From Camelus dromedarius (lineage: Eukaryota): a stretch of 64,000 nucleotides of DNA. The notes below the pieces were generated by a model that was given only the letters and a program-made list of their open reading frames with translations, searched no databases and was not told the DNA's origin. The translations under genes and the position numbers were made by a program. The DNA lies in assembly GCF_036321535.1 (NCBI RefSeq), contig NC_087436.1, forward strand, positions 74,836,001 through 74,900,000, given 5' to 3'. Below, piece after piece: positions 51,001 to 63,679 of the stretch. How positions within the stretch are numbered: position 1 is the stretch's first letter; each line of letters opens with the position of its first letter.

Positions 51001-53780
51001 AAAAGAACAAAACTGGAGGACCCATACTTTCTGATTTCAAAATTTATTACAAAGCTACAGTAATCAAAATACTGTGATGCTGGTATAAAGACACACATAT
51101 AGCCCAATGGAATAGAACAGAGATCCTAGAAATAAGAAATGCATATATGAGCAAATTATTTTTGACAAGAGTGCCAAGACCATTCAATGGAGAAAGAATA
51201 GTCTTTTCAACAAATAGTGCCGGGATCACAGGATATCCACATACAAAGAATGAGTTTTGATCTTTACTTAAACCATATACAAAAACTAACTCAAAATGGA
51301 TCAAACACATCAATGTAAGACCTAAAACTATAAAACTCTTAGGAAAAAACATGCAGTAAAAGTTTCATGACATTGGATTGGTTAATGATTTCTTGGCTAT
51401 GACACCAAAAGCATAGACTAGACAAATTGGACTTTATCAAATTAAAAAGCTTTTGTGCATAAGAGGACACTATCAACAGAATAAAAAAGCAATCCACAGA
51501 ATAGGAGAAAATATTTGCAAATCCCATATCTTATAAATGATTCATATCCAGTAAAACTCAACTACAAAAAAAAAAAAACCCCACCCAATCTAAAGTGGGC
51601 AAAGGACTTGAATAGACATTTCTCCAAAGAAGACATACAAATGGCAATAAGCTCATGAGAAGATGCCCAACATCACAAGGAACTATGGAAATGCAAATCA
51701 AAACTACAATGAGATACCAGTATTTTTTTGAATTAAAAAAATATGAGTTTTTTTTAACATTTTTTATTGATTTATAATCATTTTACAATGTTGTGTCAAA
51801 TTCCAGTGTTCAGCACAATTTTTCAGTCATACATGGACATATACACAGTCATTGTCACATTTTTTTCTCTGTGAGCTACCATAACATTTTGTGTATATTT
51901 CCCTGTGCTATACAGTATAATCTTGTTTATCTATTCTACAATTTTGAAATCCCAGTCTATCCCTTCCCACCCTCTGCCCCCCTGGCAACCACAAGTCTGT
52001 ATTCTCTGTCTATGAGTCTATTTCTGTCCTGTATTTATGCTTTGTTTTTGTTTGTTTGTTTTTGTTTTTGTTTTTTAGATTCCACATATGAGCGATCTCA
52101 TATGGTATTTTTCTTTCTCTTTCTGGCTTACTTCACTTAGAATGACATTCTCCAGGAGCATCCATGTTGCTGCAAATGGCATTATGTTGTTGGTTTTTAT
52201 GGCTGAGTAGTATTCCATTGTATAAATATACCACTTCTTCTTTATCCAGTCACCTGTTGATGGACATTTAGGCTGTTTCCATGTCTTGGCTATTGTAAAT
52301 AGTGCTGCTATGAACACTGGGGTGCAGGTGTCATCCTGAAGTAGGGTTCCTTCTGGATACAAGCCCAGGAGTGGGATTCCTGGGTCATATGGTAAGTCTA
52401 TTCCTAGTCTTTTGAGGAATCTCCACACTGTTTTCCATAGTGGCTGCACCAAACTGCATTCCCACCAGCAGTGTAGGAGGGTTCCCCTTACTCCACAGCC
52501 TCTCCAGCATTTGTTATTTGTGGATTTTTGAATGATGGCCATTCTGACTGGTGTGAGGTGATACCTCATTGTAGTTTTGATTTGCATTTCTCTGATAATT
52601 AGTGATATTGAGCATCTTTTCTTGTGCCTTTTGATCATTTGTATGTCTTCCTTGGAGAATTGCTTGTTTAGGTCTTCTGCCCATTTTTGGATTGGGTTGT
52701 TTATTTTTTTCTTTCTGAGTCGTATTAGCTGCTTATATATTCTGGAGATCAAGTCTTTGTCGGTTTCATTTGCAAAAATTTTCTCCCATTCAAAAAAATA
52801 CGAGTTTTTTTTTACAAGCCCCATGACAATAGCTTTTTCAAGAAACAGAATTGTCTGCATGCTACAAATATTTCTTCATTGACATCACACATTACTTTGA
52901 CAACTGTAAAACTAAAATGAGCTGAGGAATTTTAATTGCATCATTTTATAGTTACATTTTCTCCCCTATACTGTCCAAATGTGGTACTGATTTTTTTCAT
53001 TGTTTTTCTTCTCTGTTTTCTTTTAAATGAATCCCTACATCTGAGAATTATATCCATCCCTTAAGATGGCTATTATGAAAAAAAAAAAACAGAAAATATC
53101 AAGTGTTGGTGAGAATATGAGGAAACTAGAACACTTGTGCACCATTGGTGGAAATGTAAAATGGTACTATAGAAAGTAAAATGATAGTATTTCAAAAAAT
53201 TAAAATAGAATCATCATATGATTTAGCAATTTCACTTCTGGGCATATATTCAAATGAATTGAAAGCAATGTCTCAACGAGATATTTGTACACCCATGTTC
53301 ATAGCAGCATTATTCACTATGGCTAAAACATGGAAACAAACCCAGTGTTCACTGACGAGTGAATAGATAAATAAAATGTAGTATATACATTGTATGGAAT
53401 ATTATTCAGTCTTAAAAAGGAAGGAAATTCTGAAACATACTATAACATGAACTTGAGGACTTCATGCTAAGGGAAATAAGCCAGTTACACACAAAAAATT
53501 ACATTATGATTCTACTTATATCTACTTATATGAAGTATCTGGAATAGTCAAATTCATAAAGACAAAGTATAATGGTGGTTTGCAGGGACTGGTGGGTGCA
53601 GTATGGGGAGTTATGATTTAAGAGGTATAGTTTCAGTTTCACAAAATCAAAAGAATTATGGGTTGGATGGTAGTGATGGCTATATATATATATATGTGAA
53701 TGTATTTAATACCACCAAGCCATTGAAATGGTTAAGGTGGCAAATTTTGTTACGTGTATTTTACCACATTAAAAAAGAAA
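48041..53780 (+). mobile_element. Old L1 (L1MB-like): 5' UTR-like segment joined to ORF2 start (ORF1 absent), ORF2, 3' UTR
   Basis: gtaattactttaaatgtgaatggattaaactctccaatc (VITLNVNGLNSPI) at ~48432; [14 protein letters not shown]; tttgcagatgat; L1MB-type end aaatggttaaggtggcaaattttgttacgtgtattttaccaca. Confidence 0.9.
51756..52791 (-). mobile_element. Young 5'-truncated L1 (~1.0 kb)
   Basis: TSD aaaaaaata(t/c)gagttttt (from 51735 and from 52792); ORF 52075-52860 contains an intact ORF2 C-terminus [18 protein letters not shown]. Confidence 0.97.
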
Positions 53781-54688
53781 AACTTCCCAACATGTAATTG
53801 ACACCAATCAATAAAATCAACTTTTTAGAAAATTCAATTTTTATCAGTTTTAACACCTAAGAAATGAATTATACTTAAATTTTTAAAATCTCAATGAATA
53901 AAAGTACTGACATCAGACAAGATTATTCTCTACTTTTCTTGTTAGAAATTATGTTTTTAATATTCTCCTAAATTTCTCATAATCTGACCCCAAAAATACA
54001 AATTTGTAATGTTTCAATTCTGTATTTTTTTCCTCTGTCTATAATTGTAATATCAGAACTTAGTTTTCTTTTTAAAAGCAATGATTGCTTCCTAAATTCA
54101 TTGAATTACAACTCATTTTCCATCTCTGAAAATGATCCAAGTTATGGGAAGGCTCAATTTTCACAGAAGGGATTATGATGAATTACTTATATAGTTAGAA
54201 TGACCAGTAGGGTAACATTTGTTTAAAAGGATTTATGCCCTAGAATTAATTTTGATATTTGAGCCACAGGTCTGAAAAAGAGAAGCTATGGCTAAAATAA
54301 CAACAAAAACCCATTAACCGAATGAAAGTTGTAGATTCATCCTTGCAGGTATACTTATGGTTTTGAGTTGCACTCATACAGTATGTCAGCAGGAGATTAT
54401 TTGGGTGTCTATCATCTTAAGATTGAGAAGACAAATAGGGCAAATATGTTTACTTTTTTGCACACAGTTCCCAAAACTGATAACAGCGTTCCTGTAAACT
54501 TTCATTTCCAAAAATCCTATTTAGAGGAATATGTTGAAAATGTCTTCTCACAGCTATAAAAGTGTTTCACGTATTGGTAGCCAATTAAGCTTGAATCTAA
54601 GGAACCATCAGCGAAATGTTTTTGAACATCTTTGAGCATCTGTGTTTGTTAGTTTACTTGGAGGCACATTGTTTTAAATTCTACCTTG

Positions 54689-54800
54689 AAATGTGACCAT
54701 GAATATATATATATGTTCATGTATGACTGAAAAATTGTGCTCTACGCTGGAATTTGACACAACATTGTAAAATGATTATAAATCAATAAAAAATTTTTTA
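54689..54800 (+). mobile_element. Very short young L1 3' end (~110 bp)
   Basis: TSD aaa(t/a)tctaccttg (54676-54688 / 54801-54813); reverse complement of the 51756 element's terminus. Confidence 0.88.
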
Positions 54801-55664
54801 AAAATCTACCTTGGATGCCACTTAGCTATTCACTAGTAAATGAGTGTTGCTTCCTTAAGTTTCCCAGATCTGGCTCTTGTAGACAGTCGGCCAGGAAGAT
54901 ACATTGAATAAAAAAGTGGTTTCTTGGGTTGAGGTATGAGAGGCTAGTTGGAGACCACAGGGGAAGGGGTCATGCCAAGATGGTTTGGTAGGAAAGGGAG
55001 TCAAGCTCTGTTCTGCATTCCCACCTCTATGGCCAAAGCTGTTTTCTTTCCATTTCAACCAACCAACTATTCCTTTAGTTTTTGTTTTATGTTCTTTTTA
55101 TCATCCTGTATATCTGGTCATTCTTATAACCTCAACGTCAATAGTGTGAACTCGGTGAGGAACATTACTACTTACTGAATTATCACCAATTCTATGGTAT
55201 ATGACAAATTTTAGAAATTCTGTCCTCTATTGACATTGAAACAGGCTGTTTTCTTCTAGATTTTGACATAGAATAATTGTTTCCAGGCATATTTGCTATT
55301 TATCAGGCTGCCTGGTCTTAGAGGGATAGGCCATGCCCAGCAGAGAACAGGAAATACACTGCAAGGGGACTTTGCCATAGGGAAAGGTACCTGCAGAGTA
55401 ACTTGATAAGAGTGCTAGACTTCCATATTGTACTGTCTCCTTGGTCCAGTGAGACCTTTCCAAAGTGATCTGAATTTATGTGACCACTAATGTTTGGGAG
55501 ATAGGAAAGGAGATTTCATGGTCATTCCTTGCTTCTAAGCAAGTCTAGTTGCTATGATCATTGAAACACAGCAATTACCTTTAACACTTGTAGCTTTTAA
55601 GAACTTTGGCAGGTACTGGACTCCAACATGAGGTCCCTGAATTCCTAGGGAATAGTAAAGCTGT

Positions 55665-56185
55665 TGTGATGGACACACGTGCGTATAATGAAAGATTTAT
55701 TATCTCAGCTGCCAAAGTGCTGTTGGCAGACAGTAGGGTGACCAGCTATTCTGGTTTGCCTGGGATTTTGCAGTGCTAAAAATAAGGATAGTCCTGGGAA
55801 ATCTGGGGGAGTTGGTCATCTTATGAGACAGTCTTTAGCTGTCAGGACCTTCAGCAATTGTCTCAGGGAGGGAGCCATCTAGCATAAGGATGTCCCTTCC
55901 CAGCATGGCTTACATCCTATGACTGAAATGTGAGGGAATATGTAGTCCTGGCCATCTGGCCCCAACTCAGGACATGTCTGAAGAACATTCCAGCTCCAGA
56001 GCTTCCCTGTGGGGCCAGCTGAGGCTGTTCCTAATAACTGTATCACAGCCAGACCTTTCCCTCCTCTCAATCTTGCTTCCTCTCCCTCCCTTTCATACTT
56101 TTGCAGCCAAGGGCACATCTTAATAAATATCCTTGATGTTAAGCTCCATCTCTGTATTTGCTTCTCAAGGAACCCAAATTGCACA
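55665..56185 (+). mobile_element. ERV-L solo LTR (LTR16C-like)
   Basis: ccagctccagagcttccctgtggggccagctgaggc; aataaa; end gcttctcaaggaacccaaattgcaca. Confidence 0.82.
55734..55823 (+). mobile_element. MER81 (hAT-Blackjack MITE) nested in LTR16C
   Basis: TIRs tagggtgacca / tggtcatctta; 8-bp TSD gcagacag / tgagacag. Confidence 0.85.
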
Positions 56186-57817
56186 GTGGTCCATGGTCTA
56201 GGCTTCAAACGGAAGACTGTAAGGATTATTAGTATGTTCAGTTTTCGGCAGCCCTTTCTTTGGGTGTCCATCTTTGTCTCATCAGCTGGTCAGGTGATAT
56301 TAAGTGTGATCACCTAAAGCCGCCCGTTCACTGTGGACTGTAAGTAGGACAGGTACTGATTGACATTTCCAGTGGGTGAATCCGGTACCTGGTTTCAATT
56401 TTCACTCTAATCCTAATTAAGTTCCAACTTGGAACACTGCCTGAATTTTAAAAGCATCCAATCATTTAGGTACATACAATGGCCAAATTGAAGATTTTAA
56501 AGACACCTTCAAATGAGAAATGTAGCATGTTTAAAAATATACCAAGCATTATTCCAATGAAAGATGAGGCTGGTACCCTGACTCATCTCTCTCCCCAGTT
56601 TAGTGCCAAAATAATTTAGAAGGGAGAAGTGGGCAAGACCTTCTTTAGTGTTTGGAGCCATAGAAACTTAGAAGATCTCATTGAACTCATGATATCCACC
56701 GCACAAAGGGAAGTAGGCAAACAGGCTTTTACTTCCCTTATCGCAAAACAATCCACACTGCACTAATGAGGGAAGCCAGAATATTCTCTAATGCTCTATG
56801 ATCAGGGCCAAAACTGATGGTAAAATGTTACTTAAAATTCACATATCAGCTCCTTGACTTCTGTTTTAAAAAATCGTAAGAAAGAAGTTGGAAAGAGCAA
56901 AACGTATCCTAAAGCAACTGGTTGAAAATAATTATGCAAATGTGTAACAATACAAAGTTCTTTTACCTTGAGATAATAATGTCAGTTCCTAGGCAGAGAA
57001 TGAGAGAAAGTGAAGAAATAAAATCTCTGTCTTGAAGTCCTTCCAACTTAGTATATATAAATTATGTGTCTTTAGGAATACATTAGAAGAGCTCTCTACA
57101 GTCTCTTAAGTCACCAATGCTGTTTTTCAAATAATATTTCTCTTCACAGTTTTTAGTCTTTCCAGTGTGAGATATTTCTCTCTTCACATAATAAATGTAG
57201 CCTAGCAAAGCTGACTGTACAAAAAATATCCATTTTCTTTGCTATAACAAATGATCCTACGATGGGAAATCTTCCCGTGAGGGAGGAAAAGAACCTGCCA
57301 AGTTGGAGTATAACTTTTTGGTGATAGATGTAGAGGTTAATGTCGAGGCTTGATTTGTGGCATAAGGGACATAACGATCCTGGTAGTGCTTTTCTACTTG
57401 TACTTTCCCTAAAACCAGGATCTTCCTTTACCTACTGCCTCTGTTTTTGTCTCGAGGGGCAATGTTTTTCTGTGCTTGTGAATTCATTGGTCCACAAGTG
57501 CAGCTCTGGTAACACTGCAGGTAGATTCCAACAACAGGACCTCGATTTTCTCCTTCTCTGGTCTCATTATTTATCTACCGTCTTTTAGCTGAAACTCTCA
57601 TTTCTCACCTCAGTTACTGCAAAGCCCCCTTGAAGACTCTTCCTGCAACTGTCAGAGTGATCCAGCGTGGGAGAAAGACCCTTCAATGGTGCGGATGTCT
57701 TCCGCTTCCTCATTGCCAGCTCTCACTCTTCACATATGCTCCAGTTGCATTGGATATCTTGAGGTTCAGATGTGTTATTCAGGTTCCCTCAGGGCTGTGG
57801 CATATCCTGCTTTGACC

Positions 57818-58442
57818 TAGTATTTCTCGATGTTGTTCATGGAGCCCCTGTGTATCAGCCAGGGTTCCAGCAGAAACAGATGGGAATTTGAGGCAAATGG
57901 AATAAAAGCACTGTTTATTAGGGTGTGGGCAGGTATAGAGAAGCCATGTGGATAAAGTAATATTCTGGTGGGACATTGGTACTGGCCCTAGGCTGGAAGG
58001 GGTGAGGGGAGGGAACCCTTATCAGAACCTGGAGACAGAAAGGGCTATGGAGAGAGCCAGCTGAATGAACTGTGACTGTTGGAGGGGGAAGAAAAACCTC
58101 AGGGTGGCCATTCTGTGGTGAGTAGGGGTTGGGAACAAAGTCTCCTCTCCTCAGTCTCCTCCTTTCCATCCCCTCCTTCCCTCTAGTCTCAGTGCTCAGC
58201 TTTGGCTGAACCCCACTGGAAGCCACAGGGCAAAGGAACTCCTTGACATAGTCCATGGTGGTCAGCCGTACAGGACACGTGGTGGTGAAGGGTGGAGTGT
58301 TGCCTGGGAGAGTAAATGGAAGATATTTAGTGTGCCCTGTGTCATAGAGTCACCTGTGGGACTTGTTAAGGAAGCAGATTGCTGAGGCCGCCTGTGCCTG
58401 CTAAACCAGAATCCCTGCTGTCAGAGCCCAGAAATCTGCATG
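57818..58442 (+). mobile_element. MER5-type hAT-Charlie MITE split by LTR41
   Basis: Left part 57818-57850; right part agagtcacctgtgggacttgttaaggaagcagattgctgaggcc...gcccagaaatctgcat. Confidence 0.65.
57851..58334 (-). mobile_element. ERV-L solo LTR (LTR41-like)
   Basis: tgtatcagccagggttccagcagaaacagatgg terminus; 5-bp TSD CCCTG (57846-57850 / 58335-58339). Confidence 0.85.
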
Positions 58443-58764
58443 CAGCAGAGACAATGAGCCATCCACTGAAGAGCTTTGCTCTGCCTTCCCAGTGTGCAGT
58501 AGAGGCTAGAAGTGGCTGTGCATTCAGGAGCGACTTTGTGTCTAGGTAAAGCCAGAGGACACGTTTTTGCTAAGGGGATGTCAGCGGAAGCCAGTGTGTG
58601 AATTTCACTCTTCTCTCTTTCCACAGCCCATTTGGATGCAGAAAACTCAGAGAAATCTTTTTCAGCAAAAGAGAACCCCAAGATGAAAGCAACATCATCA
58701 GAAGGAAAGTACCCCACTAGGGATACTAGAAAAACACAAGAAATGAACTTCGAACAAAGGTCAT

Positions 58765-59280
58765 TATAAAAATTTTAAACATTAACAAAATTGAAAAGAA
58801 TAATGAATCACATTTACCCATCACCCAAAGTGCACAGTGATCAAGATTTTCCATCTTAGCTTAACTATCCCTTTTGTCTTTTTTTTCTAAAGTAGTTCAA
58901 AGTACAGGGTACAGTACATTGTGTCATTTCTCCCTTGCATACTTAAGTATGCAGTGCTTAAAAACGTGACCACAATACCAGATGGTACCTAATACGATTA
59001 TTAATAATTCTTTGACATCATCTACAAAGTCCACATGTCACATTTCATTGTTGTGTCTCTTGCATACTCAGTTGTCTCTTTTCCCAACTTTTCCCCCTTT
59101 CATTGTCTCATTGCAGAAAATGTGTCAGTTCCTCAATGTTCCCCATTCTGGATTCATCTGTTTCCTTGTGTTGGTGTCACTTATTCCTCTGTCTTCATAC
59201 TTTCTATAAATAAATGATCGGGCTAGATCCTCTAGACTCAGGTTCAACTTTTCCCAGAAAGAATACTTTGTAATGTTAAA
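58765..59280 (-). mobile_element. Old L1 (L1MC4/5-like) 3' UTR fragment
   Basis: tacccatcaccc...tacttaagtatgca...aataattctttgacatcatcta pattern. Confidence 0.6.
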
Positions 59281-59755
59281 TGTTGTTTTGTTTGATAAAA
59301 ATGCAGAGTATTAGAGTGATATTAGCTATTGTAGCAAACAGTCCTAAGTAATCCAAATGAACCGTGCAGCTGAAAACAAACTAACTTGGAATGTCTCCTC
59401 TTTCCTCTTTCCTGGATTCCTATCTCTAGGAACTCAGCTCAGGAGAGTTCCTGAGCTTCGTGAGAAACTTGTTAACACCTCCCCTTTCTTAGTCTGCACT
59501 AATATCATTTGCTCCAAAAGCTTTTGTGTGTTTCTATCCTTGCATTCACCTATCTCACATTAATGACATAATTGCTAATATGACAAGATGGGACTCTCTC
59601 TTATTTTTTGCTGAGAGCCAAAAAGCAACCCACTCCGCAATCCACAGTGAGGAGCTGTATTGCCTACGCAGAACTTCCAACAGAGCTGGTTAGAAACAAG
59701 TTTTATCCCCCAGCTCTATCCAGTCCACATAAGCGAGAGTAAAGAATTCAGTCAA

Positions 59756-60088
59756 ACACAGACATAGAAAACAGACTATGGTTGCCAAAGGGGAAAGTGA
59801 AGTGAGGGTAGGATAAATTAGGAGTTTGGGCTTAACAGATACACACTACTATATATAAAATAAACAATAAAGAATATAGTATAGCACAGGGAACTATATA
59901 TAAAATAGATAACAAAGAGTACTGTATAGCACAGGGAACAATATTCAATATCTTGTAATAAAATATAATGGGAAAGAATCTGAAAAAGAATATGAGTATG
60001 TATGGATAACTGAATCACTTTGCTGCACACCTGAAACATTGTAAATCAACTATACTTCAATTTTTTTAAAGATAAATATATAATAAAA
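59756..60088 (+). mobile_element. L1 3' UTR with internal ~45-bp tandem duplication
   Basis: 15-bp TSD aaagaattc(a/c)gtcaa (59741-59755 / 60089-60103); gtatagcacagggaac occurs twice. Confidence 0.9.
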
Positions 60089-62425
60089 AAAGAATTCCGT
60101 CAAGAAATTGGAACAGAGAGAGAAAAAAAGATTACTTTGGAGGGGGTCACTAGTGCTGTGGGCCTCCCCACCTCATGGAAGAGGCATGAAGGGTGCTTTC
60201 CTCTTCCTCAGGCTTAGTTGTCAGGGCTTTGATGAACTAAGAGCATTTGACCTATAGCCCCTGAAGTTTGAGGAACAGAGTAAAACACTGCTGAAGGATC
60301 TAAAGGCAAGAAGCCGTGGTGACGAGTCAGGGCAGGAGAGCAGAGAGCTCAACCAGGTTGCCCTGAAAGCCAGTGGCACATCCCTTTCCAGCTCAGGGGT
60401 CCTGTGGGTCCATGGCAGAGAGAGCCAGCTGACAGCTAGTTCAAACTCTGCTGAAAAGGACTCCCCTGCAGTGTGGTTACCCCAACTGAGAGATGGACCC
60501 TCCAATTCTCAGGGAGTGAGGGAGGAGATACAAACAGCCACCCGGGAGAAAGTGCATCACCCATGTCAGAGGAAGTTCCTTTGCTGTTCCCAGCGGGTCC
60601 CTCTGACCAACCCAGAGGAGATGCTGTCAACCAGACACCTGTCTTGGCCCGAGATCACCGGGGGGCCAGCCAAGCCTGTCCCTGCCTCTGAGCACACCTC
60701 TGGCCCCTATCCTAGGGTCCGGCCTTCCAGGAGCCAGAGGCAGCCTAGCAAGTGGCAGAGGAGTAGCTGGGCCCTGGGAGGGTGATGGAGAAGCCACCGG
60801 AAGGGGGAAACTTTACCTTAAAATGAAATCTGGAGTTTTTACAGGGTATGAATTACTGAAACAAGCCTTTTTTTTTTTTACCTCGAGAAGTAACCAGGGA
60901 CTTTGTTTCTTGGGATTTACCAGAAAAGTCCTGAGACCTGTCCTAGGTTTCTTTTAAGGCACAAGGAAGTATTTGTTCTTCAGAACAGGTAGTGGGGAGA
61001 GCAGAATGACATTTTCTGTTATGCTTGTTCAACTCAATGTCTCATGTGTGTGATTCTTCTACTAGACTGAGCTCTCCTTGAAGACAGACTGTCCCATTGA
61101 ATTCTATTTCTTAAAAAGTTTTTAACTGTACAGGAGTGCAATTAACTTCTGAGAGTTAAAGTATATATGGTAGAAATATATAATAATTTAGTACATATTT
61201 AATCCTTTGGTTCTGGTTCTCAGATGAATCTGCTCCCTACTTAATCAGTTCCAAAGTGCTATAAAACAAGTACCTGTACCTGGGCATGCTGAAGAGAGGA
61301 CATAATTTATCAAAAGAGTAATTATTGAACAATATTCACTGGTGAGACGGAATTACCCTTCAGTGATAGTACAGCTTTCTCCAACAGTTAATCAATCTCT
61401 TTATATTTTCCAGATGTAGTACTGATGGGATTTTAACTTCTAGCCCAATGTTGTAAGATAAGAAATTAATTTTGGAACATCCCTTAAATGTATTTCCCTC
61501 TGAGATATAAGACAAGGCCTAACAAGGGAATCCAAAGTGCTGTTCATAGCATGAGAAATTTTAGGCTTCGTACGTCTCCAAGGAGCCTTTATCTCTAACT
61601 TCAGACTGAGGTAGACTGCTATAAATATTCTCTATGCACAAATGTGAGCACTGTGAATACTCTGAGTATTTTGGGGTCCCAGTTTTCTCCCCTGCGAAAC
61701 GAGGATTGGCCCAGTCGATAGAGGTCCTTGGGTCCAATAGATTTTATCTGATCATCTTTGGCTACTCTTGGCCAATTACATTTTTTCAAGGGAGTGAAAG
61801 AAGATGACGTATGAACAAACTGACCCTGCTAATGAGGTGAGAGGTTGAGTGTACCAGCACCACACACTCTACTGCCTGATTGACTTCCAGAGCCAATGTC
61901 CATCATTCGTCTTGGTATGGGCAGCCCAGTCCGGAATTTATTTCCAAGTAACTAAAAAGGAATGTATGCGGTTAGTTTGTTCTGTGAGTCTCAGATCAAG
62001 GCTTTAGAAGCTGCACGCATAGTCCCTGGAGCACTGGGCCGTGGACCACACTGAAGATCTGATTCCAGGTGAAGAATACAGGCCATCTTGCCTGGGTGAT
62101 CATGGTCTGTTCAGAGGACCGACCACTCAGCACACTTTCCTTCAGTCAAGACTTTAAAAGCTCATTCAACTTCAGCTACAAATTCATTTTCAATGTATTC
62201 AATGACAAGAGGGGGGATTAATTAGCCAGCTTGTTCCTTCTTCATTTATCATTTTCTCATTAATTTCATCTCAAATTATCTCCATCTACCAGCTTAGGGT
62301 GGGGTAGCATTAAAATAATTTTAGTAACAAGATTTGTAGATAATTTTATAGAAATTTAAAAATGCAGAGAATCAAACAGTGAATTTCCACAATTCTACCA
62401 TCTCATCTTGCTACTATTAACAACT

Positions 62426-62812
62426 TGTATTAGTTTGCTAGGGCTGTCATAAAAATTACCACAGACTGAGTGACTTGAATAACAGAAGTTGATTTTCTCA
62501 CAGTCCTGGAGGCTAGAAGTCCAAGACAAGGTATTGGCAAGGTTGGTTTCTTCTAGAGCCTCTCTCCTTGGTCTGTAAATGGGTGTCTTATCCCTGGGTC
62601 TTCATGTGGTCTTCCCTCTGTGTGTATCTGTATGTAAATTTCCTCTTCTTATAAAGACACCAGTCCTATTGGTTTAGAGCCCACCCTAATGACATCACTT
62701 AACCTTAAGTACCTCTCTAAAGACCCTTCTCCAAATACAGTCACATTCTGATGTACTGGGGATTAGGACTTCAACATATAAACTTTGAGGGAACACACTG
62801 CAGCCTATAACA
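62426..62812 (-). mobile_element. MaLR solo LTR (MLT1A0-like)
   Basis: tgtattagtttgctagggctg...gcctataaca; TSD caact / ctact. Confidence 0.92.
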
Positions 62813-63156
62813 CTACTTTAGTATATATTCCTATGTATCTGAATCATAAACATTTTTACTTTGTGAAATTGGATAATGCATTAGATAATATATATTAATA
62901 CACTAAATAAAAATTTTTTCTATGTTAAATATTCATGAAATAGGTTTAGTGACTAAATGCCAACTCAACCTAAAATAGATCTTCATATTATCAAGTGTTT
63001 CACGTGGTAAAATATGATGTATGTCTTAGCTTAATCCTAAGGATGGTGATGGTGATGACAGTAGGTAAATAGAAAAGGAAAATGATAGAAAATACATTCA
63101 AGAGGGAGAAGCCTGGGGTAACTTGAAATCTGGATAAAGTGACACTGAAAGGGACC

Positions 63157-63600
63157 CATTCATTCACCAAATCTGCTGGTTTATTAAATACTTGGCGCTT
63201 AGCCCAGGTGCCGAGGCTTCAAGTGAGAAAAGACACAAGGTCCCTGGCCTGATGGAGTCTGCACAACATGATGTAAGTGAAGATGGTGACAAGAAACAGA
63301 TAAGTAAAACTGCAGACTTGGGTAAACGTAACAGAGGGAGACCAGAGCCACAAGAGAGACTAACAGAGGACCAACTTAAGGAAGTCAAGGGAGACCTTTC
63401 TGAAGCAGTGGCCTTTAAGCTGAGACTCAGAGTTGAAAAGAGCCAGCCACATGGGGATCCAGGCAGACTGGTCACAGAGCCATTGTGTTTGCTGGCCAAA
63501 CGAGAAGAGTTTGACGTGCTGAAGATGCTGACAGAGGCCAGTGGGGCTGGAAAATGGTGGGCAAGTTGGTTTCCTTTTGTGAATATCAGGGACTGGAACT
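63157..63600 (-). mobile_element. LINE-2 3' end
   Basis: cattcattcaccaaat...agacacaaggtccctggcctgatggag...tttaagctgagact...gaggccagtggggctgga. Confidence 0.82.
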
Positions 63601-63679
63601 TTGGCAAACAAGACCCTAAGAATGAGTGAGCAAGCTGGCAGGTAGACTTTGCTTGTATTAAACATTTTTAAATATGCCT

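Noticed and set aside
60221..60785. Cluster of ORFs in a GC-richer patch (possible exon or CpG island)
   Set aside because: No recognisable protein and CpG-poor; only isolated motifs (e.g. AGAGGAAGT).
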